From a virus (Duplodnaviria > Heunggongvirae > Uroviricota > Caudoviricetes): a stretch of 64,000 bases of DNA. Location: IMG/VR virus record IMGVR_UViG_2721755676_000001. One strand, 5' to 3'. Under the pieces are notes generated by a model, which was given only the letters and a program-made list of their open reading frames with translations, made no database searches and was not told where the DNA came from. This document shows, one piece after another, positions 29,404-37,988 of this stretch. The stretch's first letter is position 1; every line of letters begins with the position of its first letter. Made by a program: the position numbers and the translations under genes.

Positions 29404-29739
29404 ATGGAGGAAAACATGTCGAACGAGATGGCGGGCGTTACAACAGAGCAAGTTGAGCGTATTGCCGCGATCGTTGCTCGGGAGGTTGTTGGCAAATTAG
29501 GTAAAGAGCTACGTGAAGAAATTGGCCAGGAGGTCAATGATCAGCTGAAAACCTACTTTGGTGATATGACCCCGGCGCAACATAGTATTCAACACTCCAA
29601 TCTGGACAAACTCCTTAACCGGTTAGATTCCATCTCAAGTGGGTTCTTTGGCGGCATTGTTTCTAAAATAACGTCGTTCATTATTACCGCACTGCTTTTG
29701 GGGTTAGCCGCGTATGGCGTAAAAAGTGGACTGCAATAA
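29404..29739 (+). CDS. membrane protein, putative holin (single C-terminal TM helix)
   Basis: GGAGG RBS; hydrophobic ITSFIITALLLGLAAYGV; first gene of lysis-like cassette; assignment by position. Confidence 0.4.
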   Translation: MEENMSNEMAGVTTEQVERIAAIVAREVVGKLGKELREEIGQEVNDQLKTYFGDMTPAQHSIQHSNLDKLLNRLDSISSGFFGGIVSKITSFIITALLLGLAAYGVKSGLQ

Positions 29740-29752
29740 CAGGAGATCAAGG

Positions 29753-30445
29753 ATGAAGACTCCGAGAGGCATTCGTAATAATAACCCCGGTAATCTTGAT
29801 AAAGGATCACCGTGGCAAGGTCTGGTTGCGAATCCAGACGAACCGCGCTTTTGCACGTTTAAAGACCCTGTTTGGGGGATTCGTGCGCTGGCGGTGACTC
29901 TAATTACCTACCACGATAAACGTCGCGCAAAAGACGGCTCAAGTATCGATACCATTCGTGAAGTTATTGAACGCTGGGCACCGCCGAATGAAAACAATAC
30001 TGACGCCTACATTAATGAGGTGTCTAAAGCCGTTGGTGTAACCGCAGACATGATCATCGATCTGCATGATTACGACATCCTTCGACCTTTGGTTGAGGCA
30101 ATCATTCGCCACGAGAATGGCCGAGGCCCGCTAAAAACGCTGAACACCTGGTATGCGGCAGAAGTTATTGAGGAAGGTCTGCGTCGAGCTGGCGTTGTTA
30201 AGCCGGTGAAAACCGTGAAGGCTGTTCCTGTAACTAAAGAAACCGCAGGCGCAACTGTTACAGCAGGTATTGGTCTGGCGCAGCTGGCCGATGTTATGCC
30301 GCAGGTTTCCGCTGCTATGGATAAAGCACAAGGTCATATCTCTAGCGGGGATACAGTACGCATCATCTTCGGTATTGCCACTATTGTTGTGGCAGGATTC
30401 ATTGCCTGGTCGCAGGTAAGAAAACACCAGAAAGGGATGGTCTAA
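29753..30445 (+). CDS. putative endolysin / cell-wall-active protein with C-terminal membrane anchor (family not recognised)
   Basis: ATG 29753 with CAGGAG RBS; conserved-looking N-terminal GIRNNNPGNL block; C-terminal TM IIFGIATIVVAGFIAW; sits between holin-like and spanin genes. Confidence 0.4.
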   Translation: MKTPRGIRNNNPGNLDKGSPWQGLVANPDEPRFCTFKDPVWGIRALAVTLITYHDKRRAKDGSSIDTIREVIERWAPPNENNTDAYINEVSKAVGVTADMIIDLHDYDILRPLVEAIIRHENGRGPLKTLNTWYAAEVIEEGLRRAGVVKPVKTVKAVPVTKETAGATVTAGIGLAQLADVMPQVSAAMDKAQGHISSGDTVRIIFGIATIVVAGFIAWSQVRKHQKGMV

Positions 30446-30446
30446 T

Positions 30447-30698
30447 ATGCTAGGCAGCCTGATGACAAAGCTAAAAGTTGCTTTGATTACGCTGGCTGCC
30501 GTTCTTTTCGTTCTGGTCGGCGCTTACACGATGGGCGGAAATGCGGCGCGACGAGCAATGGAAGAGAAGGCAAAACAGGAAGACAGGAAACGACTTCAAA
30601 GCACAGTGGATGTCAAAAATGAAACGGTTAATGAAGTGCGGCAAAAAGATGCCTCTGGTGTTCATCGCGAGCTGTTTGATAAATGGGTGCGTGATTAA
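30447..30698 (+). CDS. i-spanin (Rz-like), N-terminal TM plus charged helical periplasmic part
   Basis: N-terminal TM VALITLAAVLFVLVGAY followed by charged region; o-spanin-like lipoprotein ORF overlaps in another frame. Confidence 0.6.
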   Translation: MLGSLMTKLKVALITLAAVLFVLVGAYTMGGNAARRAMEEKAKQEDRKRLQSTVDVKNETVNEVRQKDASGVHRELFDKWVRD

Positions 30699-30846
30699 GA
30701 CGCAGGCTCCAGGCGTGCTATTCTGCGATGCTGCAAATCCTATCTATGTGAGTAGAGAGGATTTTATGACTGAGGAAACGGAGCGACAGTTGCTTATCCA
30801 CAATACGATAGGTGAAAGGCTGTGTGAGTGGGGGCACCTGAACTGA
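30619..30846 (+). CDS. o-spanin (Rz1-like lipoprotein), overlapped architecture
   Basis: Starts inside i-spanin in the +1 frame and extends beyond it; MKRLMKCGKKMPLVFIASCLINGC has signal peptide and lipobox-like NGC; start codon uncertain (30610/30619/30631). Confidence 0.45.
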   Translation: MKRLMKCGKKMPLVFIASCLINGCVIKTQAPGVLFCDAANPIYVSREDFMTEETERQLLIHNTIGERLCEWGHLN

Positions 30847-31070
30847 GTCGATGATTGATGAGTGGTCTCAGTTTACCTTTTATCCTAAAGATGGCATCTT
30901 CACTCATATACACGCCTGTTCACTCAAGCTCATGTTGAATCATTTAGTAATTTGATGTAGATTTATTAGGCATCCACGTAAGTGGGCACATACAGGCTAC
31001 GCATCCTCGTAGCCTTCAACCCCGAGAGGGGTGCCGCAATGACACTTGTGTTAACGGCTAAGGTGGATAT

Positions 31071-31490
31071 ATGCTAAATTATCATGACAATACGCGTTCT
31101 ATGCAGACGATCCGCACCAATACTGCGGTCATCGACAGCTTTCCTATGCGTATTCACAACAGTGAAGACGCAGTAGAAGTGCGACGTATGTTGTGCCGTG
31201 AATCAGCTAACCGCCAGCACTTCATCGTCACTTTTAAGAGCGATGTGGCGCGTGCCGAAAAGATCTCTAATTCTACGTCACTGGTTAAACCGTTGGCCGA
31301 GGTTGTCGCTAACGGTAAACGAACCTCTTTTGTTTTAGATGTTGCTGAACAATATCCTGACTTGAAGTGTTTAGATCGTGATATTTCTTCACGAATCAAA
31401 CAAGTTGTAGAGTCTTTTATGAAGAAATTCTGTAAAATCGATGATATGGAACCATCAACGGCACAGAATACTTCATGGCACCATCTCTAA
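31071..31490 (+). CDS. hypothetical protein (first gene of two-gene cargo operon)
   Basis: AAGGTGGA RBS; preceded by 220-bp AT-rich non-coding region. Confidence 0.5.
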   Translation: MLNYHDNTRSMQTIRTNTAVIDSFPMRIHNSEDAVEVRRMLCRESANRQHFIVTFKSDVARAEKISNSTSLVKPLAEVVANGKRTSFVLDVAEQYPDLKCLDRDISSRIKQVVESFMKKFCKIDDMEPSTAQNTSWHHL

Positions 31491-32248
31491 TTGGTCAGGC
31501 GAACAGATTAATCCCTGAAATAGAAGACTACAGCAAGGTCTTGTCTGAAATGCCGAGAGCGACGAGAATTATCGCTCTCGGTGAGTTCTATTTTATCTCC
31601 CGAGGTTTCGATCTAATTCGATTTACCGAATACGAGCTTGTTGATTCGGCCTATGAACGCTGTATTGTTGGCGAGTGTCTTGAGTCATGTGATCCTGATT
31701 ACCAAGAGCAGGAAGTTAAGCGACTCAAACGTGCTGGTTACACACCTCTTGAGATAGGAGCAGAAATTGAATCCTACAAGTTGCATGTGGGGCAGCCAGT
31801 CCAAACAGTCTTCCGCGTGGCCTACTGCGAGTTTCCAATCAAGGATAAATCTGGAGTAAAAGTCAGCGCCAAGCAGATTAGAGGGGTTTTTACTCATGCT
31901 GATTATATGGGATTAGGCATCGCAAGTTTTGCTTACCTTTATCTCGTAGATAAGTATCAGTACTTGGTTTGCGATACGTTACAGACGGTAAAAGGCGCAA
32001 CTCTTTGGGCTGTGAGTATGCGCAAACATGGACTGGTCGAAATTTACGATACGAAGAACGAAAATTTTATAGAGGAATTGGGTGAGGATGCCTGTGGCGT
32101 AAGTGGTTTTATTCCGTGGGATATCGGTAAGTCTGACGGAGGCCAGATGCGAAGACGTGAAGAGTGGGGGACTAATAAAATCAATCTCACCCCAGGTGCT
32201 TGTACTCATATAGTGAACATTCTGACTAAACGATCTATGAATCAATAA
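31475..32248 (+). CDS. hypothetical protein, possible GNAT-like fold
   Basis: Overlaps upstream gene by 16 nt; segment IRGVFTHADYMGLGIASFAYLYLV weakly GNAT-like; followed by intrinsic terminator. Confidence 0.45.
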   Translation: MAPSLIGQANRLIPEIEDYSKVLSEMPRATRIIALGEFYFISRGFDLIRFTEYELVDSAYERCIVGECLESCDPDYQEQEVKRLKRAGYTPLEIGAEIESYKLHVGQPVQTVFRVAYCEFPIKDKSGVKVSAKQIRGVFTHADYMGLGIASFAYLYLVDKYQYLVCDTLQTVKGATLWAVSMRKHGLVEIYDTKNENFIEELGEDACGVSGFIPWDIGKSDGGQMRRREEWGTNKINLTPGACTHIVNILTKRSMNQ

Positions 32249-32249
32249 A

Positions 32250-32269
32250 CCCGCTACGGCGGGTTTTTT
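32250..32269 (+). terminator. intrinsic terminator (CCCGC-TACG-GCGGG + TTTTTT)
   Basis: GC stem plus 6-T run immediately after stop at 32248. Confidence 0.7.
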
Positions 32270-32397
32270 GTTATTAAGCCCCCCCTATGTACCTATCATT
32301 AAACCTTTACACCGCAGCCGTAGGCATTTAGGCTATATCACATATAAGAAAACAAGTTGTTTCAGACGATAATTATATACGCAAAGGGAACTCTCCA

Positions 32398-33066
32398 ATG
32401 ACCAAGATCTTTGTGGTTGGCGGCACAAAGGGCGGGCCTGGCAAATCCACCGTTGCCCAGCAAATTGCCGTTTGCCTGAAAGTCAAAAAGAAGAAGAAGG
32501 TTTATATTACCGATATAGATATTCAGCGCACGACAACGAGCTGGTGTGAAGACCGTCGACAGAACGAAGACCTTGAGCTGATTCCTTTTGCATACGTTCA
32601 GGATGACATCATTAAGCACCTAAAATCGCTTCAGGGTAGAGCTGAGTTTGTAGTGGTAGATGCTGGTGGCTTCGACTCCGAAATTCAGCGACAAGCGATG
32701 CTGATGGCTGACGTTATCATTATCCCGCTGCGTCCTAAGCGTCGTGATTTGAAATCTTTACGTGACATCGATCCTATTATCGACAATGTTCGCAATGTAA
32801 ACGATAAAGTGAAGGTCCGCGCGGTCATGAACCAGTGCCCGGCTTTGCCATCACAAGTGTCTCGCATTCTGGCGGCTAAAGAGATTGTTGAGACGTTTGG
32901 AATCGAGTCTGCGCCAGTCAATCTATATAACCGCAACGTCTATGATGATGCGGAAGAGTCTGGTCGTTCTATCTTTGAAATGACCGGTAGCGAGCGCGAC
33001 AAAAAGGCGGAAGCCGAGTTTGAAGAATTTGTAGATTATCTGTTGAGTCTGGAGGAAGAAGAATAA
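32398..33066 (+). CDS. ParA/MinD-family partition ATPase (small type Ib-like)
   Basis: Deviant Walker A GGTKGGPGKST at N-terminus; 222 aa without N-terminal HTH; AAAGGGA RBS. Confidence 0.8.
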   Translation: MTKIFVVGGTKGGPGKSTVAQQIAVCLKVKKKKKVYITDIDIQRTTTSWCEDRRQNEDLELIPFAYVQDDIIKHLKSLQGRAEFVVVDAGGFDSEIQRQAMLMADVIIIPLRPKRRDLKSLRDIDPIIDNVRNVNDKVKVRAVMNQCPALPSQVSRILAAKEIVETFGIESAPVNLYNRNVYDDAEESGRSIFEMTGSERDKKAEAEFEEFVDYLLSLEEEE

Positions 33067-33425
33067 TGTCCATGAAAATGGGTGACCTAGCAAAGCGCAA
33101 AGAGCCTGATGCACCGGCTAAGAACACAACTCCTTTGCGCCAACCAGTCAGACCACAGGGACGCCCGACTCGTGGCAAAGAGAAAATTAAAAGCCGCACA
33201 ATGTCACTGGAGGACGAATACTTCGAACTGCTGGAGATGATGAAGTTCATCCCTCGCTTCGAGAAGTTCACTCGTTCTGACGTGATTCGAGCAGCCATTT
33301 TCCATCTGGCAGAGAAGTCACCGCAGGAAATCGAGGACATCGTGAAATTGAATGAGGCGATCACCGCTGCCGATGTCACGATGCGTACCGATGAAATCAA
33401 ACGAGAGTTGATGAAGAAAGGTTAA
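33066..33425 (+). CDS. small ParA partner protein (putative ParG/ParB-like centromere-binding protein)
   Basis: 119-aa basic protein translationally coupled (TAATG) to the ParA-like gene; role inferred from synteny. Confidence 0.45.
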   Translation: MSMKMGDLAKRKEPDAPAKNTTPLRQPVRPQGRPTRGKEKIKSRTMSLEDEYFELLEMMKFIPRFEKFTRSDVIRAAIFHLAEKSPQEIEDIVKLNEAITAADVTMRTDEIKRELMKKG

Positions 33426-33430
33426 AAATC

Positions 33431-33461
33431 ATGCATTGGCGCGTACATTGCGCCAATGCAT
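33431..33461. terminator. 12-bp perfect stem-loop (ATGCATTGGCGC-GTACATT-GCGCCAATGCAT) between convergent genes; possible bidirectional terminator
   Basis: Read directly; no strong T-run. Confidence 0.45.
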
Positions 33462-33477
33462 AACTACAGTGTCAGCT

Positions 33478-34245
33478 TTATGCCGCGCTAACACTATGTT
33501 CAGTCCTAACCACCCCAACCTTCACAAAAGGGCTACCGTAGCTTGGTGGCTTCTTGATTAATTTGCCTACATACAGTTTTCTAATATGCTCATCGGCTAT
33601 TCTGCCAACAAATTCATAACGTTTTGTGTCGGGGCCAAGAGCTATATCCCTTGTAAAGTACTGCTGAGAACCGGCTTTGACCCAGCATTCAATCTGATAA
33701 ACTTCCATTATCAGCCCACCATATGTAGCGTAGGCATATTTGAGATTCTCGTCTCTTGGAACCTTTGCCCATACGCCACGCGTAGCTTCATATAATGCCA
33801 GAGCGGACATTCCTGACTTGTAGGTGCTGTTTAGCAGGAAGGCAAGACCGGCGTGCTCAGGAGCAATTTCAGTTTCCTCTTGCAGCACTAAGTGATGGTA
33901 GGCGTCCAGTGATATTCTGCCCATCATGGAACCACTTCCTCGTACCTTATTCGTAAGCTCTCCGACCCCCATAAGGTCGATGCATGTCGCCTCAACAAGT
34001 TTGGCTGTGGTTTCATCCATACCATGACGAAGTATATCTATGCCTAATTTTTTATTAGCCAAAAGTTCTTTGATCCGCATGGATTTGGGAGAGTCATCGG
34101 GATACTTGATGTGATCGAGACAACGAGTCGATTTGCCTTTTCCTATGTAAAACGGTCTTTTCATCTTGTCTTCTGTATCATAGAGACAGTAAACATAGTA
34201 TTTAGCCTTATCCAATGATCTCGCGTATACCGATAAATCGTCCAT
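33478..34245 (-). CDS. GIY-YIG domain endonuclease (homing-endonuclease-like)
   Basis: N-terminal YYVYCLYD...PFYIGKGK matches GIY-x10-YIG; lone minus-strand gene among plus-strand genes. Confidence 0.75.
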   Translation of the reverse strand: MDDLSVYARSLDKAKYYVYCLYDTEDKMKRPFYIGKGKSTRCLDHIKYPDDSPKSMRIKELLANKKLGIDILRHGMDETTAKLVEATCIDLMGVGELTNKVRGSGSMMGRISLDAYHHLVLQEETEIAPEHAGLAFLLNSTYKSGMSALALYEATRGVWAKVPRDENLKYAYATYGGLIMEVYQIECWVKAGSQQYFTRDIALGPDTKRYEFVGRIADEHIRKLYVGKLIKKPPSYGSPFVKVGVVRTEHSVSAA

Positions 34246-34356
34246 TATTGCATCTCTTTGCTACTGACTAATGCGTTCTATTTTACACATAAGTTTTTAA
34301 TCAATTTAACAGGCTCAAAGTGTAGAGCTTCTGGGCGTCTAAGACGACAAGTTATG

Positions 34357-34409
34357 CCTGCTTCTGTATATAAATAATAAGTAACTTATTAAATATATAC
34401 GGAAGCAGG
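34357..34409. repeat. 53-bp near-palindromic element, copy 2 (identical to 1343-1397 except one TA unit)
   Basis: Read directly; lies in divergent intergenic region before replication module. Confidence 0.8.
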
Positions 34410-34492
34410 TCTTTTAAAAGACACCACCAGAACAACTCCCTTCCGTTTCCACTTCCAAAAACTGCCACCAGTCGCTATCATCCGCTCATTGT

Positions 34493-34510
34493 GATAAGTA
34501 AGTAACTACC
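34493..34510 (+). promoter_or_regulatory. junction motif GATAAGTAAGTAACTACC
   Basis: Read directly; TAA in three frames; 16 nt upstream of ATG 34526. Confidence 0.4.
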
Positions 34511-34525
34511 AACTAGGTGAGCCAC

Positions 34526-35266
34526 ATGAGCCAAATCTTTTTCGATACCATCGACAACGACCAGTACGACTTCATGACAGAGTGGAATACCGCTGTTATG
34601 GACAAGTGGGTCGCTGAAAACATTGGTTTGTCGCGCTGTAAAGACGAGGCTGAACTCTTCGAGACGAAGTGGTTTGATTACCGCGACATGCATCCTCTCA
34701 TGGCCACCTGTCTTTTTACGGAGGCATACAAACGTCAGTACTCAAATATCATGCTGACGCACGGTCGCGAACACTTTGAAACAGCTCCGTTCACCACCGG
34801 GTTAAAACGCCTGCCTTATCAGGAGTTGTCGACTGCCAATAAAACGTCGCTATGGAAAGCACGCCAGTTTGCGGATCGCTATTGCTGCTCATACGACTAC
34901 TTTATCTCCACCGTTCTTTCCGCAGCTGCACGACGGCTGTGGGACAAGCTGCCGCGCCCACAGCATTTATGGCAGCCAGAACTGATTGAGATATTTGAAG
35001 AGAAATTAGCCAGACGCGCAACAACCCGTCTGGATGACTCTCTGGTTAGCTTTAAGCATATGGGAGACATGCAGTTCAACCCGATTCAGGAAAGCTATTT
35101 TGAGTGGATTCTGGAGCGTTTGCGCACCATCCCTCGCAGCAAGCGCATACGCGCAATTTTCTCCGCTATCTGGCTAATGGAAATCGTTCCAGAGCGCCTT
35201 ATTTCCGCCCACTTTCCAGAAGAACTGGAAGAAGCACGGCGGTTTATTGATCCCCTATCTAATTAA
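34526..35266 (+). CDS. hypothetical protein (first gene of replication module)
   Basis: ATG 34526 with AGGTGA 5 nt upstream (track ORF begins at GTG 34517). Confidence 0.55.
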   Translation: MSQIFFDTIDNDQYDFMTEWNTAVMDKWVAENIGLSRCKDEAELFETKWFDYRDMHPLMATCLFTEAYKRQYSNIMLTHGREHFETAPFTTGLKRLPYQELSTANKTSLWKARQFADRYCCSYDYFISTVLSAAARRLWDKLPRPQHLWQPELIEIFEEKLARRATTRLDDSLVSFKHMGDMQFNPIQESYFEWILERLRTIPRSKRIRAIFSAIWLMEIVPERLISAHFPEELEEARRFIDPLSN

Positions 35267-35309
35267 CTAATACTAGAAAACAATTTGTTTAAAAAACAAA
35301 GGAAAGCAC

Positions 35310-36650
35310 ATGACCGAACTTTGCCATACAGGACGCGGGCTGTCCGAAGAGTTTGATGAAGATTTCCAGAACAGACTGACGGCATATTTTTGTCGTGATC
35401 ACGAGTTTCTTACTCGTGCGGGAGATCTGGTTGTGCCTAGCCAATTTGCCAATGCGGCCAATGCCATATTGGTTAATATGGTTTCGGGCTATTACCGTAT
35501 GTACAAGAGCGCGCCCTCTTCATCTGCAATTCTGGATATGCTTAAGCGTGCGAAACGCGATAAGACTATCCGTGAGGAACTATTCGCCGATGTTGTTGCT
35601 GCGTTTAAGCGCATTCTTGCAGAAAAATTGTCCGATACCTCGTACATGGTTGACCAGGTATCAACCTTCGCAAAAAGTGTAGCGTTTGATGATGCTCTGA
35701 TTAAGGCTGCTGAACTGAAAGAGAAAGGCGACTTTCACGGGGCGATGGCAATCATGGCCAAGGTTCAGCAGATTGGATCGAACGAAGCGACCGGAATCTA
35801 TGACTACTACACCTCCGCAAGTGAGCGATTGAAAGCGCGTGAATATGAGGCTTCAGAGGAGTATGTACCAAACAGTATTACAACTGGACTCCCTCTTCTC
35901 GATAGGTTGCTGTACCAAAAAGGCTGGGCAAAGCGCGAAATGGTGCTCTTCATGGGGTTCGCTAAATCCGGTAAATCGACCGCAATGGGTGAGTTTTCCA
36001 TAAACGCAACACTTGCTGGCTACAATGTTCTGTATCTCTCGCTGGAGGTTCACACCACCATTTTATCCGACCGTTTTGATGCAAGATTGTCGGAGACGGA
36101 AATGTCCAAGCTGGTGGAACGGCGCGATGAGGTTCATCGTAAGTTGGCAGAGTTGGGAGCCACGAAGGGGATTGGTAGTTTGTGGGTGGTTGAGCGTCCG
36201 TCAGGAAGTATGTCACCGGCAGATCTGGACCGTATGCTTAACAGCATGAAAGCCAATGGCATGGTGCCTGACATGGTTGTTGTCGACTACGCAGATTTGA
36301 TGCGTGCCAGTTATGATCTTCGTGATGATCGCGCCAACATTCGTAGTATCTACACCGATTTACGTGCTCTTTATGACAAGCATAACGTTGCTGGGATCAC
36401 GGCATCGCAGACAAACCGTGAAGGTGGCGCGTCAGAAGTTGCCACAATGATGCACGCTGCCGACAACATCGAAAAAGTACGTATTGCTGACCTGGTAATA
36501 ACGATCAACAAAACCGAAGAAGAAGAAGCGAAAGGAGAGGCTCGTCTCTACTTTGCTGGTTCACGTAACCAGCAGGGAGGGATCAGCATTCGCGTTAAAC
36601 AAAACCTCGAACAAATGCGCTTCATTGAGCGAATCTTAGACGTTACCTAA
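35310..36650 (+). CDS. replicative DNA helicase (DnaB-like)
   Basis: Walker A MGFAKSGKST and Walker B VVVDYADLM in C-terminal RecA-like domain; AAAGGAAAG RBS. Confidence 0.8.
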   Translation: MTELCHTGRGLSEEFDEDFQNRLTAYFCRDHEFLTRAGDLVVPSQFANAANAILVNMVSGYYRMYKSAPSSSAILDMLKRAKRDKTIREELFADVVAAFKRILAEKLSDTSYMVDQVSTFAKSVAFDDALIKAAELKEKGDFHGAMAIMAKVQQIGSNEATGIYDYYTSASERLKAREYEASEEYVPNSITTGLPLLDRLLYQKGWAKREMVLFMGFAKSGKSTAMGEFSINATLAGYNVLYLSLEVHTTILSDRFDARLSETEMSKLVERRDEVHRKLAELGATKGIGSLWVVERPSGSMSPADLDRMLNSMKANGMVPDMVVVDYADLMRASYDLRDDRANIRSIYTDLRALYDKHNVAGITASQTNREGGASEVATMMHAADNIEKVRIADLVITINKTEEEEAKGEARLYFAGSRNQQGGISIRVKQNLEQMRFIERILDVT

Positions 36651-36655
36651 AAAAT

Positions 36656-36680
36656 AAGCGTGGAGAACACCTCCACGCTT
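36656..36680 (+). other. 10-bp stem-loop (AAGCGTGGAG-AACAC-CTCCACGCTT) right after helicase stop
   Basis: Read directly; contains the GTG that the ORF track uses as primase start. Confidence 0.4.
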
Positions 36681-36731
36681 GATTCATTGGTGAAACAACT
36701 TTTCTTTTGCCAAACCACAAAAGAAAAACAC

Positions 36732-37913
36732 ATGAGCCTTTATGTTATATCAACATTTAGGTTGGTCACAATATTGCCTGTTAAAAGTGGAATTATCGTG
36801 AGCGAGCTGAAAGAGCTAATTACCGAATTAGATTTTGAACAATGGTTGGATACTGAAGGTATCGTTTATCGACGTGGAGGCGTGAGTACTCGCGGTCGTG
36901 AAGTGAATATCAAGGAGTGTCCGGTATGTGGCAGCTCCAACTGGAAGGTATATTTCAATCTGACCAGTGGCGTCGGTAAATGCTTCGCTGGTGATCATCC
37001 CGAAGAGATTCAGTTCAATAAGCTGGTCTTCCTCAAGCACTACAGCGGCAAATCACGACGACAGTTCGAGGAATATGTGCAGAACGCCCTTCTTTCCCAG
37101 GGGTGGGCACCAAAGAAAGAAGAGCTAGTGCTTGCAAGCACAGTCGAGTTAGAGGGGCCAGTTGCACTCCCTCGTCATTACGAGCTTCCTATAGATGGCC
37201 GTCTTCCAGACTATCTGGTTGAACGAAACATATCGCCTGAAATGGCAAAGTATTTTGACCTACGATACTGCGTCGAAGGCAAGTACGCCTATGTAGATCC
37301 GTATACAGATCAGGTTAAAGGACAGATATTCGATATGCGAATACTGATACCGGTTTACGATCTGGATGGGGTAATGAAGACATTTCAGGGACGAGACATT
37401 ACCGGTACAGCAGAACGCCGCTACCTCTTTCCTATGCAACTTCCAGCTTCAGGTAAGTTTCTCTACAACGGCCATAATGCAGTCGGCAAACAGACTGTAG
37501 TTGTCTGTGAGGGGGCGTTCGATGTTATGGGGGTTAAACGAGCTATTTTTGACGAAGAAACATTACGTGATTACGTGGAACCAATAGGAACGTTCGGGAT
37601 GCATCTATCTGGTAACACCACTCAGGATGCAGAAGATCAGTTAGGCGCGTTCCTGACGCTCAAGGCGCGTGGGTTACGTAATGTGATCATGATGTGGGAT
37701 AGTGAAAAGCAAGCTATACGCAACACTATGGCCGCAGCCAGGCGACTGACCAGTATCGGTCTTAATGTCAAAGTTGCGTGTTTGGGTGAGGAAGGACTCG
37801 ACCCGGGCGGTGCAACGCCAGAACAAATTATCAAAGCCTATTATCGGGCAAAACCGTATACCAAACAGTTGGAGTTGCAAAGCAAGGTTTTGGGCATTAA
37901 GGCTCTATCATAA
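36732..37913 (+). CDS. DNA primase (zinc-finger plus TOPRIM)
   Basis: Zn-ribbon CPVCGSSNWKV...GKCFAGDH; TOPRIM-like VVVCEGAFDVMG and MMWDSEKQA; start uncertain (36732 ATG or 36798 GTG). Confidence 0.7.
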   Translation: MSLYVISTFRLVTILPVKSGIIVSELKELITELDFEQWLDTEGIVYRRGGVSTRGREVNIKECPVCGSSNWKVYFNLTSGVGKCFAGDHPEEIQFNKLVFLKHYSGKSRRQFEEYVQNALLSQGWAPKKEELVLASTVELEGPVALPRHYELPIDGRLPDYLVERNISPEMAKYFDLRYCVEGKYAYVDPYTDQVKGQIFDMRILIPVYDLDGVMKTFQGRDITGTAERRYLFPMQLPASGKFLYNGHNAVGKQTVVVCEGAFDVMGVKRAIFDEETLRDYVEPIGTFGMHLSGNTTQDAEDQLGAFLTLKARGLRNVIMMWDSEKQAIRNTMAAARRLTSIGLNVKVACLGEEGLDPGGATPEQIIKAYYRAKPYTKQLELQSKVLGIKALS

Positions 37914-37927
37914 CAATCACCTTTAAA

Positions 37928-37949
37928 ATAAGTAGATGATTACTTATCT
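37928..37949 (+). promoter_or_regulatory. dyad motif AATAAGTAGATGATTACTTATC (ATAAGTA / TACTTAT arms)
   Basis: Read directly; upstream of 37989 gene. Confidence 0.35.
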
Positions 37950-37988
37950 TTCTGTGAGAATACTTTCATCTGTTAGCTAGGAGTTGGT

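Noticed and set aside
36660-36731. Primase start at 36660 as given by the ORF track
   Set aside because: That GTG lies inside a 10-bp stem-loop directly after the helicase stop and has no RBS; a downstream start (36732 ATG or 36798 GTG) is more likely, though still uncertain.
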